Origin: an uncultured cyanobacterium
GTDB taxonomy: Bacteria; Cyanobacteriota; Cyanobacteriia; Cyanobacteriales; CAWUOF01
Direction: 5' to 3'
NCBI GenBank assembly: GCA_963744145.1
Contig: CAVUSO010000001.1
Span: 7,104,001 to 7,168,000 of the forward strand
DNA length: 64,000 nucleotides
In this document: in pieces, positions 21,702 through 31,224 of the stretch
Numbering within the stretch: the first letter of the stretch is position 1
How the letters are laid out: each line of letters starts with the position of its first letter
Notes under the pieces: model-generated
What the model saw: only the letters and a program-made list of their open reading frames with translations
Told to the model about the DNA's origin: nothing
The model's database searches: none
Made by a program: the position numbers and the translations under genes

Positions 21702-23304
21702 TTATTTTTCTTTTTTAACAGGTTCTTTTTCAGGACTGGTTTGGAGTGTAATCGGGATTCCTGGTTTTAAAACTGAATCCGGAGAGGGTATTAAAACCTG
21801 ATCTTCTGCTTGCAAACCCTTAGACACTTCTACTGTTGTTAATCCTTCTAATCCCAAAGTAATCGGCTTTTTTTGGGCTTTACCTTCAGCATCTCTTACC
21901 CACACATAAGATGATTTTCCATCTCGCTGAATCGCCTCCGGTTCCTAATACTACTACGTTTTCTCGTCGCGCCAAAACGATTTCTACACTTACCTGACTA
22001 CCAGGTATTAGCTTTCCACTTGGTTCATCTAGTTGTACTGTTGCTGGTACTCCAACTTGACCCCCGGATGAACCGGATGAACCGGATGAACCTTTTGAAG
22101 CATCAGGACCGATCGCTTGGAGAGATATTTTTTTTACCCGTCCGCTAAATTTTTGTTCCTCTGGACCGATTACACTAATTCGGGCTGTTTGGTTCAATTT
22201 AACTTTGGCAGCATTAAGAGTAGAAAGACTAATTTTCACTAATTCTTGAGAGCGATCGCCTACCGTAATTAATTCAGCACCTCGTCCTACTCCATCACCA
22301 TTATTGCACTTAATATTCAAAACTATGCCGTTAATTGGAGAAGTGATAATATTATTTTCCAGTTCCTTTTCCAAAGTTTGTTTTTTAGTTTCAAGTCCTT
22401 GCATGTCTAGGTTACTAGATTGAGCGTCTACTTCAGCATTACGTAAAGTCGATACTGCTGTTGCTAAGTTAGATTGAAAATCTTTTAGAGCAGATTGAAG
22501 CGATTGAATGTCTTCGATGTTTTTTTGCTGATTTTGTTCTCTGGTTATCTGAGCTTGTTGCAGTGAAATCTTACTAGTATTGACTGCTAATTGAGCATCT
22601 CGGAGATTAGATTGAGCAGTACGAACATCGCTTTTTTTGGTATCTAGCTCATCTTCGGAAATAAAACCTCTTTGAAAAAGTTTCTCAGACACCTGAAGTT
22701 TTCGCTGTGCTGTAGCTAAATTGGCTTCGTTTTCAGGTAATTTTTGGATAGACTTTTCCAGGTCGATTTGTTTTTGCTGAATTTCTAATTGATTGTCGTT
22801 GCGTAATTGTTTTTGAATAGTCCGTTTGATCTCAAGTTCTTTGGATTGTAATTTTTGTTTACTTAGCGCCAAATTTTCTTCCGCTTCAGCGACTTTTTGT
22901 CGATTGCGGTTTACCGTGATCACCTGTTTGTTAATTGCAGATTGGATGTCTAGCTCCTTAGTTTTTCCATCTGGATTACGAAGCATAATTAGGGATTGTC
23001 CTGCTTGAACGCGATCGCCAATTTGGACAAGTACCTGATCTACAGTAACATCTCCTGGGGAATTCAGACTTTGTTGTGCTTGCAGTTCTACCACACCACT
23101 TTCATTAATGCTAATTTCCACGTTATCTTTTTTAGCTGTAGTCGCGAGGACTGAAATTGGTGCTAAGGTCGGATTAAGCAGTTTTTGCACTACAAAAAAC
23201 CAACCACCCACAGTAATTATAGCTAGTATGCCTGACCAGACTAACCATTTGAGCCCAATCTGAAATTCTTTTTTCCCCAATTTTCCGATCAAGCTCATTA
23301 CCAT
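21702..23304 (-). pseudogene. MacA-like periplasmic adaptor (membrane fusion protein), +1 frameshift near the 3' end
   Basis: ORFs 21886-23304 and 21702-21905 join to ...VVVLGT-EAIQRDGKSSYVWVRD... if one G is removed at ~21938-21939. Confidence 0.8.
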
Positions 23305-23374
23305 GATTTGCTTTTCGATGATGGTTGTTATCTAAAATCCGAACCAGCTAGCTTGCACAGATTCGGGACTTTAT

Positions 23375-25420
23375 TTAAAGCCGATAAACCCGATCGCACC
23401 CCCGAATTGTACTCTGGCGGTGAGCAACCACAATCCGCGTTATCCCTAATTTTTCCAAGCTTTGAGTCACGACCTCCTGAGTTTGATTATCCAAAGCCGA
23501 AGTAGCCTCATCAAAAATCAGGATACGTGGTTGACGAACTAAAGACCGAGCGATTAATAGCCGCTGTCGCTGTCCGCCGGAAAAATCCCCTCCTCCCTCT
23601 GATACTCTGGTGTGCATCTGCATCGGCATTTCCTGAATATCCCGATCCAATCCTGCCATTTTCGCTGCTTCCCAAGCTTGGTCGAGAGTGATCGGTATTC
23701 CTCCTGCAATTACATTCCAGATTGAACCTCCCATCAACCGACTATTCTGTAACACTACTCCTAACTGACTGCGTACCTTTGATATATCCAATGTCGCTAA
23801 ATCTCGTCCATTATACATTACAGCCCCTTGCGCTGGTCTTTCAAATCCCAACAATAACCGCACAATGGTCGATTTACCACTACCACTAGGTCCAATAATC
23901 CCGATCAACTCTCCTGGTTTCACCTCTAAAGTCAAGTCGGATAATACCCAAGGTTGATTCTGACCGTAACGAAACCAGACCCGCTCCAGTTTTACCTCTC
24001 CAGACAACTCTCCCGGATCAGCTCCTTGGTTAGTGGTTTCTGGAACTGCGTGCAATATTGGTTTTACTCGCTCCCATAACACCGAAATTTCCAACACGCT
24101 CACTACTGTCCTGCTCAGACTAGTAGCTCCACCCACAAATGTGCCAAATGCGGCGTTAAATGCTAAAAACTGTCCTGCTGATAAACCTCCATCTCCTGGA
24201 TTTTTGCCCAGAGTAGCCACAGCGAAAGAATATAAGGCGATCGCTGTCACGACCGGTACGATCGTATTAAACAGGGTCATAAAATCCTCTACCTGTTGAG
24301 TAGATAGGGTCAGCTTCATCTTTTGGCTATACTTCTTAGCCCATTTGCTAAGAGCCCTGTCTTCCGCAGCAGCAACCCGCAACTTAGATATTCCATCTAA
24401 AGTTTGCACCATCAATCCCACAATTTCACCGCTCAATTCTTGTAAGGGTAGGAACTTTTGCCGAGTAATGATGCCGACTATGACAGTGATCACACTGGTG
24501 ATTACCACCACCACAATTGCAACCATTGTCAAGGGAATGCTGTAGTAAAGCAATAAACCCAGATTCAACAGCGAGAAAAAGCTACTCAGCAAGGTGGTCA
24601 TTAAGGTGCTGTTGAGGCGATCGTGAATTTGAGAAATTGCCGATACTCGATTTTGAATATCTCCTGTGTTGTATTGGCGAAAAAATGATGTCTGGAGTCG
24701 CAATAATCTATGCCAAACTGCTGCTTGGATGTCCGCGCTCATCGCAGTTTGCCAGCGCATAGTCAGAATGCTTCTAGTCAGTTGCAGTACGGTCATAGCA
24801 AAGCTTGCTGCTAACAAACCGATCCCGATTTGTAATAATAGTCCGCGATCGCCATTGGGAATAATATAGTCAACCAGTAATGCTGTAGCCTGGGGAACTA
24901 CCATTCCCGCCAAGGAGACTAAAACTCCAAATAAGATGGTCTTGATTATGTCGCCATAACGACCCTGAAACACAAATTGGAGCAGATTTAGAGGAGAAAG
25001 CGATCGATCGGGAAACGGTCGATAAAAGGTATAGGCTTGATGGGATAGATGTTTGGCTGTAGCAAAGCCAACGGTCATGCGCTGGAAATTTACGGGGTCA
25101 AAGATTTCATATCCTCGACCATTCTTAGGTAGCAAAGCTACTGGGCGTTGTTCTGTTTCTGTAGCGATAAATCCGAGCAATGGTCCGTAATCTTGCTGCC
25201 ACCAAATATCATCTAAGGTAATCCGTCGGACTCGAAACCCAGAATTCTGAGCTATTGTCTCTACAGAATTTACTTGGCTTTTATTATTTTTGGGAGGAAT
25301 AATAGGGATGTCTAATACTTTACCCACTGCTCCCATAGCTATTAATAGGGGTTCTGTGGCGGAGTTAGCCTCGAACGCTGGATTGAGAATAGACGCTAGT
25401 TCTCTTAATGCTTCCTTCAT
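23375..25420 (-). CDS. NHLP-type bacteriocin export ABC transporter permease/ATPase (no peptidase)
   Basis: RVRRITLDDIWWQQDYGPLLGF, AYTFYRPFP, GPSGSGKST, FSGGQRQR. Confidence 0.9.
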   Translation of the reverse strand: MKEALRELASILNPAFEANSATEPLLIAMGAVGKVLDIPIIPPKNNKSQVNSVETIAQNSGFRVRRITLDDIWWQQDYGPLLGFIATETEQRPVALLPKNGRGYEIFDPVNFQRMTVGFATAKHLSHQAYTFYRPFPDRSLSPLNLLQFVFQGRYGDIIKTILFGVLVSLAGMVVPQATALLVDYIIPNGDRGLLLQIGIGLLAASFAMTVLQLTRSILTMRWQTAMSADIQAAVWHRLLRLQTSFFRQYNTGDIQNRVSAISQIHDRLNSTLMTTLLSSFFSLLNLGLLLYYSIPLTMVAIVVVVITSVITVIVGIITRQKFLPLQELSGEIVGLMVQTLDGISKLRVAAAEDRALSKWAKKYSQKMKLTLSTQQVEDFMTLFNTIVPVVTAIALYSFAVATLGKNPGDGGLSAGQFLAFNAAFGTFVGGATSLSRTVVSVLEISVLWERVKPILHAVPETTNQGADPGELSGEVKLERVWFRYGQNQPWVLSDLTLEVKPGELIGIIGPSGSGKSTIVRLLLGFERPAQGAVMYNGRDLATLDISKVRSQLGVVLQNSRLMGGSIWNVIAGGIPITLDQAWEAAKMAGLDRDIQEMPMQMHTRVSEGGGDFSGGQRQRLLIARSLVRQPRILIFDEATSALDNQTQEVVTQSLEKLGITRIVVAHRQSTIRGCDRVYRL

Positions 25421-25458
25421 TGCCCCTGATCTCTATGGAATTTAGGTAAGATGGCACA

Positions 25459-26394
25459 TCAGGGTGACGAATTCTGATGGGGAGTAAATCTCGCCAAAAG
25501 TTCAGTCTGAGATAATTGCCAGAGTAAGGGAACTAACTCATCTGTTGATAACTCAATCATTGGTTCAATGATCTGAGCAAGTTCTGGTTCTAAAGAGCCA
25601 AACCGAATCCGCAGCAAATTTTCTACGAATAAGCGTCGTTCCTGCAAACGTCCTTCCAGTCGTCCTTCTTGTCGTCCTTCCAGTCGTCCTTCTTGCAAAG
25701 TAGCTTGCCGCCATTCCACATAAGCTGGTGATAAATTCATCATTAACTCCCTGTCTTCTTCACTAATATTTTGTATGCTTTCTATGTTAATCCGCCACAT
25801 CGAAATCTGTTCTAAGGTTTTCATCCGAAAGGGATGTTCTACTGCTAGTGCTAAAAGTTCATTGATTGCTTGTTGTTGAGTTGCGCCTTTTCCTAAAATT
25901 CTCACCCACAATGTTTCTGGTGTTGTCGGTAATTGGTTGATGGCGACAATTGCTGTTTTGAAGATATCGGCGAGAAAATAGATGCCTTTTGGCCATTTCT
26001 CTCTGGCTGGTTCCGCTCTGGCTGTTGCGATTAATCCTGCCGAAACTGATGGTGTTAACACCCACAGTGAGGCGAGGTTTTCTTCTTCAAGTTGTTGACG
26101 ATCGCGCCTAGATTGGCGCTGTTGTTCTGTCTGTACAGCAATTAGTTTTAGTATACAGGTACGCAGCTCGGTTGGAGTAGGTTGATTCCGAAATGCTTCT
26201 AATAAACAAGTCCGCTCTACCATCTGTCCTAATAATCCTAGCTGATGGGGATTTGCGGTTGGTGCTGGCGCAAAAAATACATCTACTTGGCGGATTTCTG
26301 GGCTGACTTCTCGACTAATTTCTACTGTTCCTAATGGTTCTAGTAGTCCGGCTAAATATTGTTTCGCAAATTGATCGTGTGGTTGTCTGGTCAT
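25459..26394 (-). CDS. Rpn-like/DUF4351-type protein inserted in the export operon
   Basis: MTRQPHDQFAKQYL, QVDVFF, ETLWVRILGKG, C-terminal EGRLEGRQEG repeats and RFG motif. Confidence 0.8.
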   Translation of the reverse strand: MTRQPHDQFAKQYLAGLLEPLGTVEISREVSPEIRQVDVFFAPAPTANPHQLGLLGQMVERTCLLEAFRNQPTPTELRTCILKLIAVQTEQQRQSRRDRQQLEEENLASLWVLTPSVSAGLIATARAEPAREKWPKGIYFLADIFKTAIVAINQLPTTPETLWVRILGKGATQQQAINELLALAVEHPFRMKTLEQISMWRINIESIQNISEEDRELMMNLSPAYVEWRQATLQEGRLEGRQEGRLEGRLQERRLFVENLLRIRFGSLEPELAQIIEPMIELSTDELVPLLWQLSQTELLARFTPHQNSSP

Positions 26395-26582
26395 CCGTCT
26401 AATCTGATTGTTTCCTGACTCTCATTTTATCAATATTTTCGCGATCGCTCACACCACCTTGTTTTCCAAATATAGAAGATTGAATAGCGAGTCATTCTTG
26501 CTCCCCTTTCCTTTTAGGAGAGGGGTTGGGGGAGAGGTATTCTGCTAGCATGAAACAGCCTTGGGATCTAGAAATACTTCCT

Positions 26583-28781
26583 TCATTCTGCTAACTCATC
26601 CATTTTTGCCTCAGCACCCAGTAATTCTTGATAAACTCCCTCAACGGCGCATAATTGTTCATGAGTTCCTCGCTGTACCACTCGTCCGCGATCGAACACA
26701 ATAATTTCATCACAATCAACGATTGTACTTAATCGATGAGCGACTACAATACAAGTACATTGACGTTGGCGCAGATTTGCTACTAGCTGTCTCTCGGTGT
26801 CGGGATCTAATGCACTTGTAGCCTCATCCATAACTAAAATCGTGGGATTATTCACCAATGCACGGGCAATTTCTAAACGCTGACGCTGACCGCCACTGAG
26901 GTTGGCGCTGTGTTCTAATAGTTTAGCATCATATCCACCCAATACCTCCATCACTACATCATGGATCAGTGCATCTTTACAAGCTTTAATTAATTTTTCC
27001 TCTGGCACATTAGCATCCCAAAGGGTGAGATTATCTCGCACTGTTCCCTCAAACTGTAATATCTCTTGTTCCACAAAAGACAGCGATCGCGCCAGCATTA
27101 ATCGCGGAATTTGAGATCGGGGAATACCATCAAACAAGATCTCACCTTGCCAAGGTTGATCCAAACCACAAATCAATTTAGCGATCGTTGATTTCCCTGA
27201 ACCAGTTGCTCCTACCAGTGCTTTTCTTTGTCCTGGTTCTAAAGATAAACTAAAATCTTTAATTAGTGGCGGATTAACTGGAGAATAACCAAAGGTAATA
27301 TTTTTAATATCTACTCGACCTGTAAGTTGGACAAGGGTTTGGCTTGCTGTTGATTTCCTTGGCTCTAATTCGACATCGATGGAATTATCCAAAACGTCAT
27401 CTAAACGGGTTAAGTCTCCCTTTAGCTCCTGCAACAGGTTAGCAAACTGGACTAAAGTATTTACAGGTGCTTGAAACTGCCTCATTAAGACTTGAAAGGC
27501 GAATAACATACCGATTGTTAATCCACCTGACATCACTCGCCACCCACCAACTATTAAGATCATGGTGGTTGTGAGTGCGGTTAACAATGTTGGTACTATC
27601 CCTAGGATTTGGTTGTAAACATCAAGTTCCTGTTGGATGTTAGTCGTATTGGCGTAGGAACCAGACCAGACTGTGAAGAATTCTGACTCTAAACCAGATG
27701 CTTTTATAGTTTCAATGCTTTGAATTGCAGAGATGCCAACTCCGGTCATTCTCCCTTGTTCTTGGAGTAAACGCATCTGTGCATCTACTCTTTTTTGTGA
27801 CATCCATTTTAATACGAGGATATTCGCGATCGCCGAGCTAATACCTATCAACGTTAAGAGCGAGTCATATTCTAACATGATCGCCCCATAAAATACTACC
27901 ATCACTGCATCAATTGCGGTTGTTGCTAATTGCCCCGACAGAATTTCGGCAACTCTAGTATTAATATCAACCCGATTAGCAATTTCCCCTGCATATCGTT
28001 GGGCGTAAAATCGGACAGGTAATTTGAGAACATGATCATAAAAGCGGGCTGACATGACTACGGCTAACTTCACTTTTAGTTGGCGTAACAATCGTAGTCG
28101 TAACAGATTTAGGATACTCTGCAATAGGGTAGCAAAAGACATAGCTAAAAGTAACCCTGGTAACCAGTTGGTATGACTTTCTACCAGGATGCGATCGACA
28201 AATATTTGACTGAATACCGGAAGTGCTAATCCCGGCACAACCAGCAGAAAACCTGCGATGATTAAATACAATACTTCCCCAACCGAACCACGTAACCGAT
28301 CTATTAGGGATAAAAATACATTGGGTTGGCGTCCGCCAGGAATGAATTCTGGACTAGGTTCTATTTCTAAGATGATCCCAGTAAAACTGCGAGCAAATGC
28401 TTTCCAGGAAATCTGTCGCCTGCCGCCCGCCGGATCGTTGAGAAATACCCGAGTGCGATTGTACCCCTCTACTACTAAAAAGTGATTGAAATTCCAATAA
28501 GCAATGCAGGGGAATGTGACTTCGGGGAGTTCTTCTAGTTCGATCGTATAGCCATTAGCGATCATCCCATAGCGTCTCGCTGCTAACACCAGATTAGCAG
28601 CATGAGAGCCATCACGAGATACACCGCATTCAATCCGCAGTTCGGCTAGTGGAACTATGCGACCGTAGTAGGCGAGAATGATCCCAAGAGAGGCTGCGCC
28701 ACATTCGGTCGCTTCCATTTGGATCACGATCGGAGTTTTAACTCGCCAGTTGTTTGATGGCAAAAATTCTGGCAATAGCAT
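26583..28781 (-). CDS. NHLP-type peptidase-containing ABC transporter (C39 peptidase/permease/ATPase)
   Basis: QMEATECGAASL (catalytic Cys), WNFNHF (His), GATGSGKST, LSGGQRQR. Confidence 0.93.
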   Translation of the reverse strand: MLLPEFLPSNNWRVKTPIVIQMEATECGAASLGIILAYYGRIVPLAELRIECGVSRDGSHAANLVLAARRYGMIANGYTIELEELPEVTFPCIAYWNFNHFLVVEGYNRTRVFLNDPAGGRRQISWKAFARSFTGIILEIEPSPEFIPGGRQPNVFLSLIDRLRGSVGEVLYLIIAGFLLVVPGLALPVFSQIFVDRILVESHTNWLPGLLLAMSFATLLQSILNLLRLRLLRQLKVKLAVVMSARFYDHVLKLPVRFYAQRYAGEIANRVDINTRVAEILSGQLATTAIDAVMVVFYGAIMLEYDSLLTLIGISSAIANILVLKWMSQKRVDAQMRLLQEQGRMTGVGISAIQSIETIKASGLESEFFTVWSGSYANTTNIQQELDVYNQILGIVPTLLTALTTTMILIVGGWRVMSGGLTIGMLFAFQVLMRQFQAPVNTLVQFANLLQELKGDLTRLDDVLDNSIDVELEPRKSTASQTLVQLTGRVDIKNITFGYSPVNPPLIKDFSLSLEPGQRKALVGATGSGKSTIAKLICGLDQPWQGEILFDGIPRSQIPRLMLARSLSFVEQEILQFEGTVRDNLTLWDANVPEEKLIKACKDALIHDVVMEVLGGYDAKLLEHSANLSGGQRQRLEIARALVNNPTILVMDEATSALDPDTERQLVANLRQRQCTCIVVAHRLSTIVDCDEIIVFDRGRVVQRGTHEQLCAVEGVYQELLGAEAKMDELAE

Positions 28782-29162
28782 TTAGCAACTTGTAACTTAA
28801 TTTTTCTTTAGACTTCTTGCAAAAATAACTAGGACAGGCAAGATGCCTGTCCCACATGATGGCAAAAATTCTGGCAATAGCATTTAGCAACTTGTAACTT
28901 AATTTTTCTTTAGACTTCTTGCAAAAATAACTAGGACAGGCAAGATGCCTGTCCCACATGATGGCAAAAATTCTGGCAATGGCATTTAGCAACTTGTAAC
29001 TTAATTTTTCTTTAGACTTCTTGCAAAAATAACTAGGACAGGCAAGATGCCTGTCCCACATGATGGCAAAAATTCTGGCAATGGCATTTAGCAACTTGTA
29101 ACTTAATTTTTCTTTAGACTTCTTGCAAAAATAACTAGGACAGGCAAGATGCCTGTCCCACA
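28755..29162. repeat. Four tandem 102-bp near-identical units
   Basis: Units start at 28755, 28857, 28959 and 29061. Copies 1-2 have aatagcat and copies 3-4 have aatggcat. Confidence 0.95.
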
Positions 29163-29236
29163 AGAGTTTTTTTGGTTGTGGGACAGGCATCTTGCCTGTC
29201 CAGTAAATTGATCAACATGACTTTTGCAAGAGGTCT
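29116..29236. mobile_element. MITE-like element
   Basis: Ends AGACTTCTTGCAAAA / TTTTGCAAGAGGTCT enclose inverted GGACAGGCAAGATGCCTGTCCCACAA palindromes; partial relative at ~45846-45878. Confidence 0.65.
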
Positions 29237-29238
29237 TT

Positions 29239-29914
29239 TCATTTGTAGATTGGCAACACAAAGGATAGGGGCGGACGCTCTTCGACGGTGACTGTTGCTG
29301 TTATTGTAGTTCCAGCGATCAGATGTAAATCCGGTCCGTTAGAAGCCGTCCATTTCAAACCCGAAGGATTATTGGAATCGGTTTGCAGTTGAGCAATAAC
29401 TTCTATTTTCTCGACCTCCTCACCCACAATCTTCTGGGCTATTCTTGAATTTCCGATTACCTTCGTGGCACTTTCTACGGTGGTGGGATTCTGGGAAACA
29501 TCAATAATTTTGCCTAGAATTGAGCCAAATTTCTCCCGCTTAACAATATCTGGTGTGATCTGAATTTTCATTCCCGGTTTAACTCGCAGACTGTCTGACA
29601 GATCCAGAAAAGCTACTGCGGTCAGAGTTGCGGTTTTGCTCTTGCCGATCGGATGCACTAATACAGCCTCGACCGGAAACAGTAATGGGAATTTTGCCAA
29701 AAATCCCCCAAAGAAGGCTGAAGATTACCATTGTGCCAAATCCTGCCAAGGTCAGCCAATCCATCGGACGCAATAAGCGCATCGCCCGATCGAGTTGCTC
29801 TGTGGAATATAAATAGTCTACGGCTTCTTGACGGAATATCTGTCTGGGTAATTCCTCTGGAGCAGTGGGAGCATCTGACGGGTTTTCGTTTCTCTGTTGA
29901 GTTTCTTCGGTCAT
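29239..29914 (-). pseudogene. NHLP bacteriocin secretion HlyD-family protein (short form), +1 frameshift
   Basis: IFRQEAVDYLYSTEQLD...WGIFGKIPITVSGR joins AVLVHP...FGSILGKI...ERPPLSFVLP if one G is removed at ~29667-29668. Confidence 0.8.
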
Positions 29915-29931
29915 AGAACTCTAAATTTTAT

Positions 29932-30867
29932 TTATGCTGGATAACTCAAATCCCCCTGACGAATGCGCTCAATGAAATATTTTGGCATGGTTCCCACCCA
30001 CTTTTCTTTGATCACTCCATTTTCTAATAGCACGGCTGTAGGTATGATATTGATTCCTAACTTTTCTTGTTGCTTTTGTTCGATTGGTACTATGGGATAG
30101 TTTAATTCATTATTGTCGATAAACTCTTGCCCTTCTGCTATTGATGTTAAGGCGATCGCGCCGATCACTTCTGGTAAGTCCTCTCGATAGTGAACCACAT
30201 TAAGAACATTCAACCAGTTCTTACAAGCTGGGCATTTCATCCCTAAAAATACTATTAGTTTGGAACCAGACATAAATAATGTTGGATCAAACTCATCCCC
30301 TAACCATTCTGGTCGCCAAGTGCGGTTGGCTTTCACTGGGGTTAAATCGATATAGGGACGACTGTTCTGCCCATAATATTCTAGGGAACCAGAAGCTAAA
30401 GCACCGCTAGTAACTAGGGTGGCTAATACTACTAGCCACTGCCACAATACTGTAGGCTGGTTGTTCTCAAGGAAGGTAGCAAATACTAATAGAGCAATAT
30501 AGACCAAATTGAGGATGATACTTTGATTGGGTGTCACATTTAGCCAACCGTTATAACATCCACAGTCCTCTGTGCGTCCCGTCGAAGTGCTCCAGTAGGT
30601 GAGAAACGTAAGGATAATTAATAACAGGATGGTCAGAGGAATTATTCCTGATGGTAGCACTCCTAAAATTAGAGCCACTCCTAATGCACATTCGAGCGCC
30701 GTAAATGTTAATGCTGCCGCTCGAATTGACGGAAATTTCTGCAATAGCTTGAGTTTGGAAATGTGTTCAACAAATTTCCAAGGTTCGATGACTTTGGCTA
30801 CACCAGTCAATAATAAAATGCTCCCTACCAGGAGCGACGGAATTACAGTATATGTGTCTGTAAACAT
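29932..30867 (-). CDS. MauE/DoxX membrane domain fused to a thioredoxin-like domain
   Basis: TM helices with TGVAK and DCGCY; C-terminal KCPACK (CxxC) and IIPTAVLLENG (cis-Pro loop). Confidence 0.85.
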   Translation of the reverse strand: MFTDTYTVIPSLLVGSILLLTGVAKVIEPWKFVEHISKLKLLQKFPSIRAAALTFTALECALGVALILGVLPSGIIPLTILLLIILTFLTYWSTSTGRTEDCGCYNGWLNVTPNQSIILNLVYIALLVFATFLENNQPTVLWQWLVVLATLVTSGALASGSLEYYGQNSRPYIDLTPVKANRTWRPEWLGDEFDPTLFMSGSKLIVFLGMKCPACKNWLNVLNVVHYREDLPEVIGAIALTSIAEGQEFIDNNELNYPIVPIEQKQQEKLGINIIPTAVLLENGVIKEKWVGTMPKYFIERIRQGDLSYPA

Positions 30868-31050
30868 TTGCTGAAAAATTTATTTTGGCTAATTGTTTTA
30901 GTCCTAAATTTATGGCGGTTTTTTTAAACCATTATTCCTAATTATTAGCTTTTTTGCGATTCTCCGCGTGATTATTGTCTCTATCTGCCGATTTTTTGCC
31001 TAATTTATCTATTTTAGATGGCATTTTTTTTGATTTGTTAAAAACAATAG

Positions 31051-31085
31051 AGGGAGAAACAGGCATCTTGGGTCTGCTTCTCCCT
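31051..31085 (-). terminator. Putative intrinsic terminator/attenuator downstream of the precursor gene
   Basis: Minus strand AGGGAGAAGCAGAC...GCCTGTTTCTCCCT followed by CTATTGTTTTT. Confidence 0.6.
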
Positions 31086-31224
31086 GTTGTCACACACCAT
31101 TAAACAGGTAATGAAATCCTCGAGGATTTCGAGGGTTACAACCGCAACCAAGGAAAGGGTAGCGGTTAGAGAGTTAGGTTAGTGGTGTTTAACAACCGCA
31201 ACCAGGGGTATCAAGAAATCAGGG

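Noticed and set aside
28755..29162. Possible CRISPR array (palindrome recurring at fixed spacing)
   Set aside because: The intervening sequences are identical rather than unique spacers, and no cas genes are present; it is a tandem amplification.
28738..29190. 150-aa repetitive ORF in the track
   Set aside because: A by-product of the 102-bp repeat being a multiple of three; it overlaps the transporter start in another frame.
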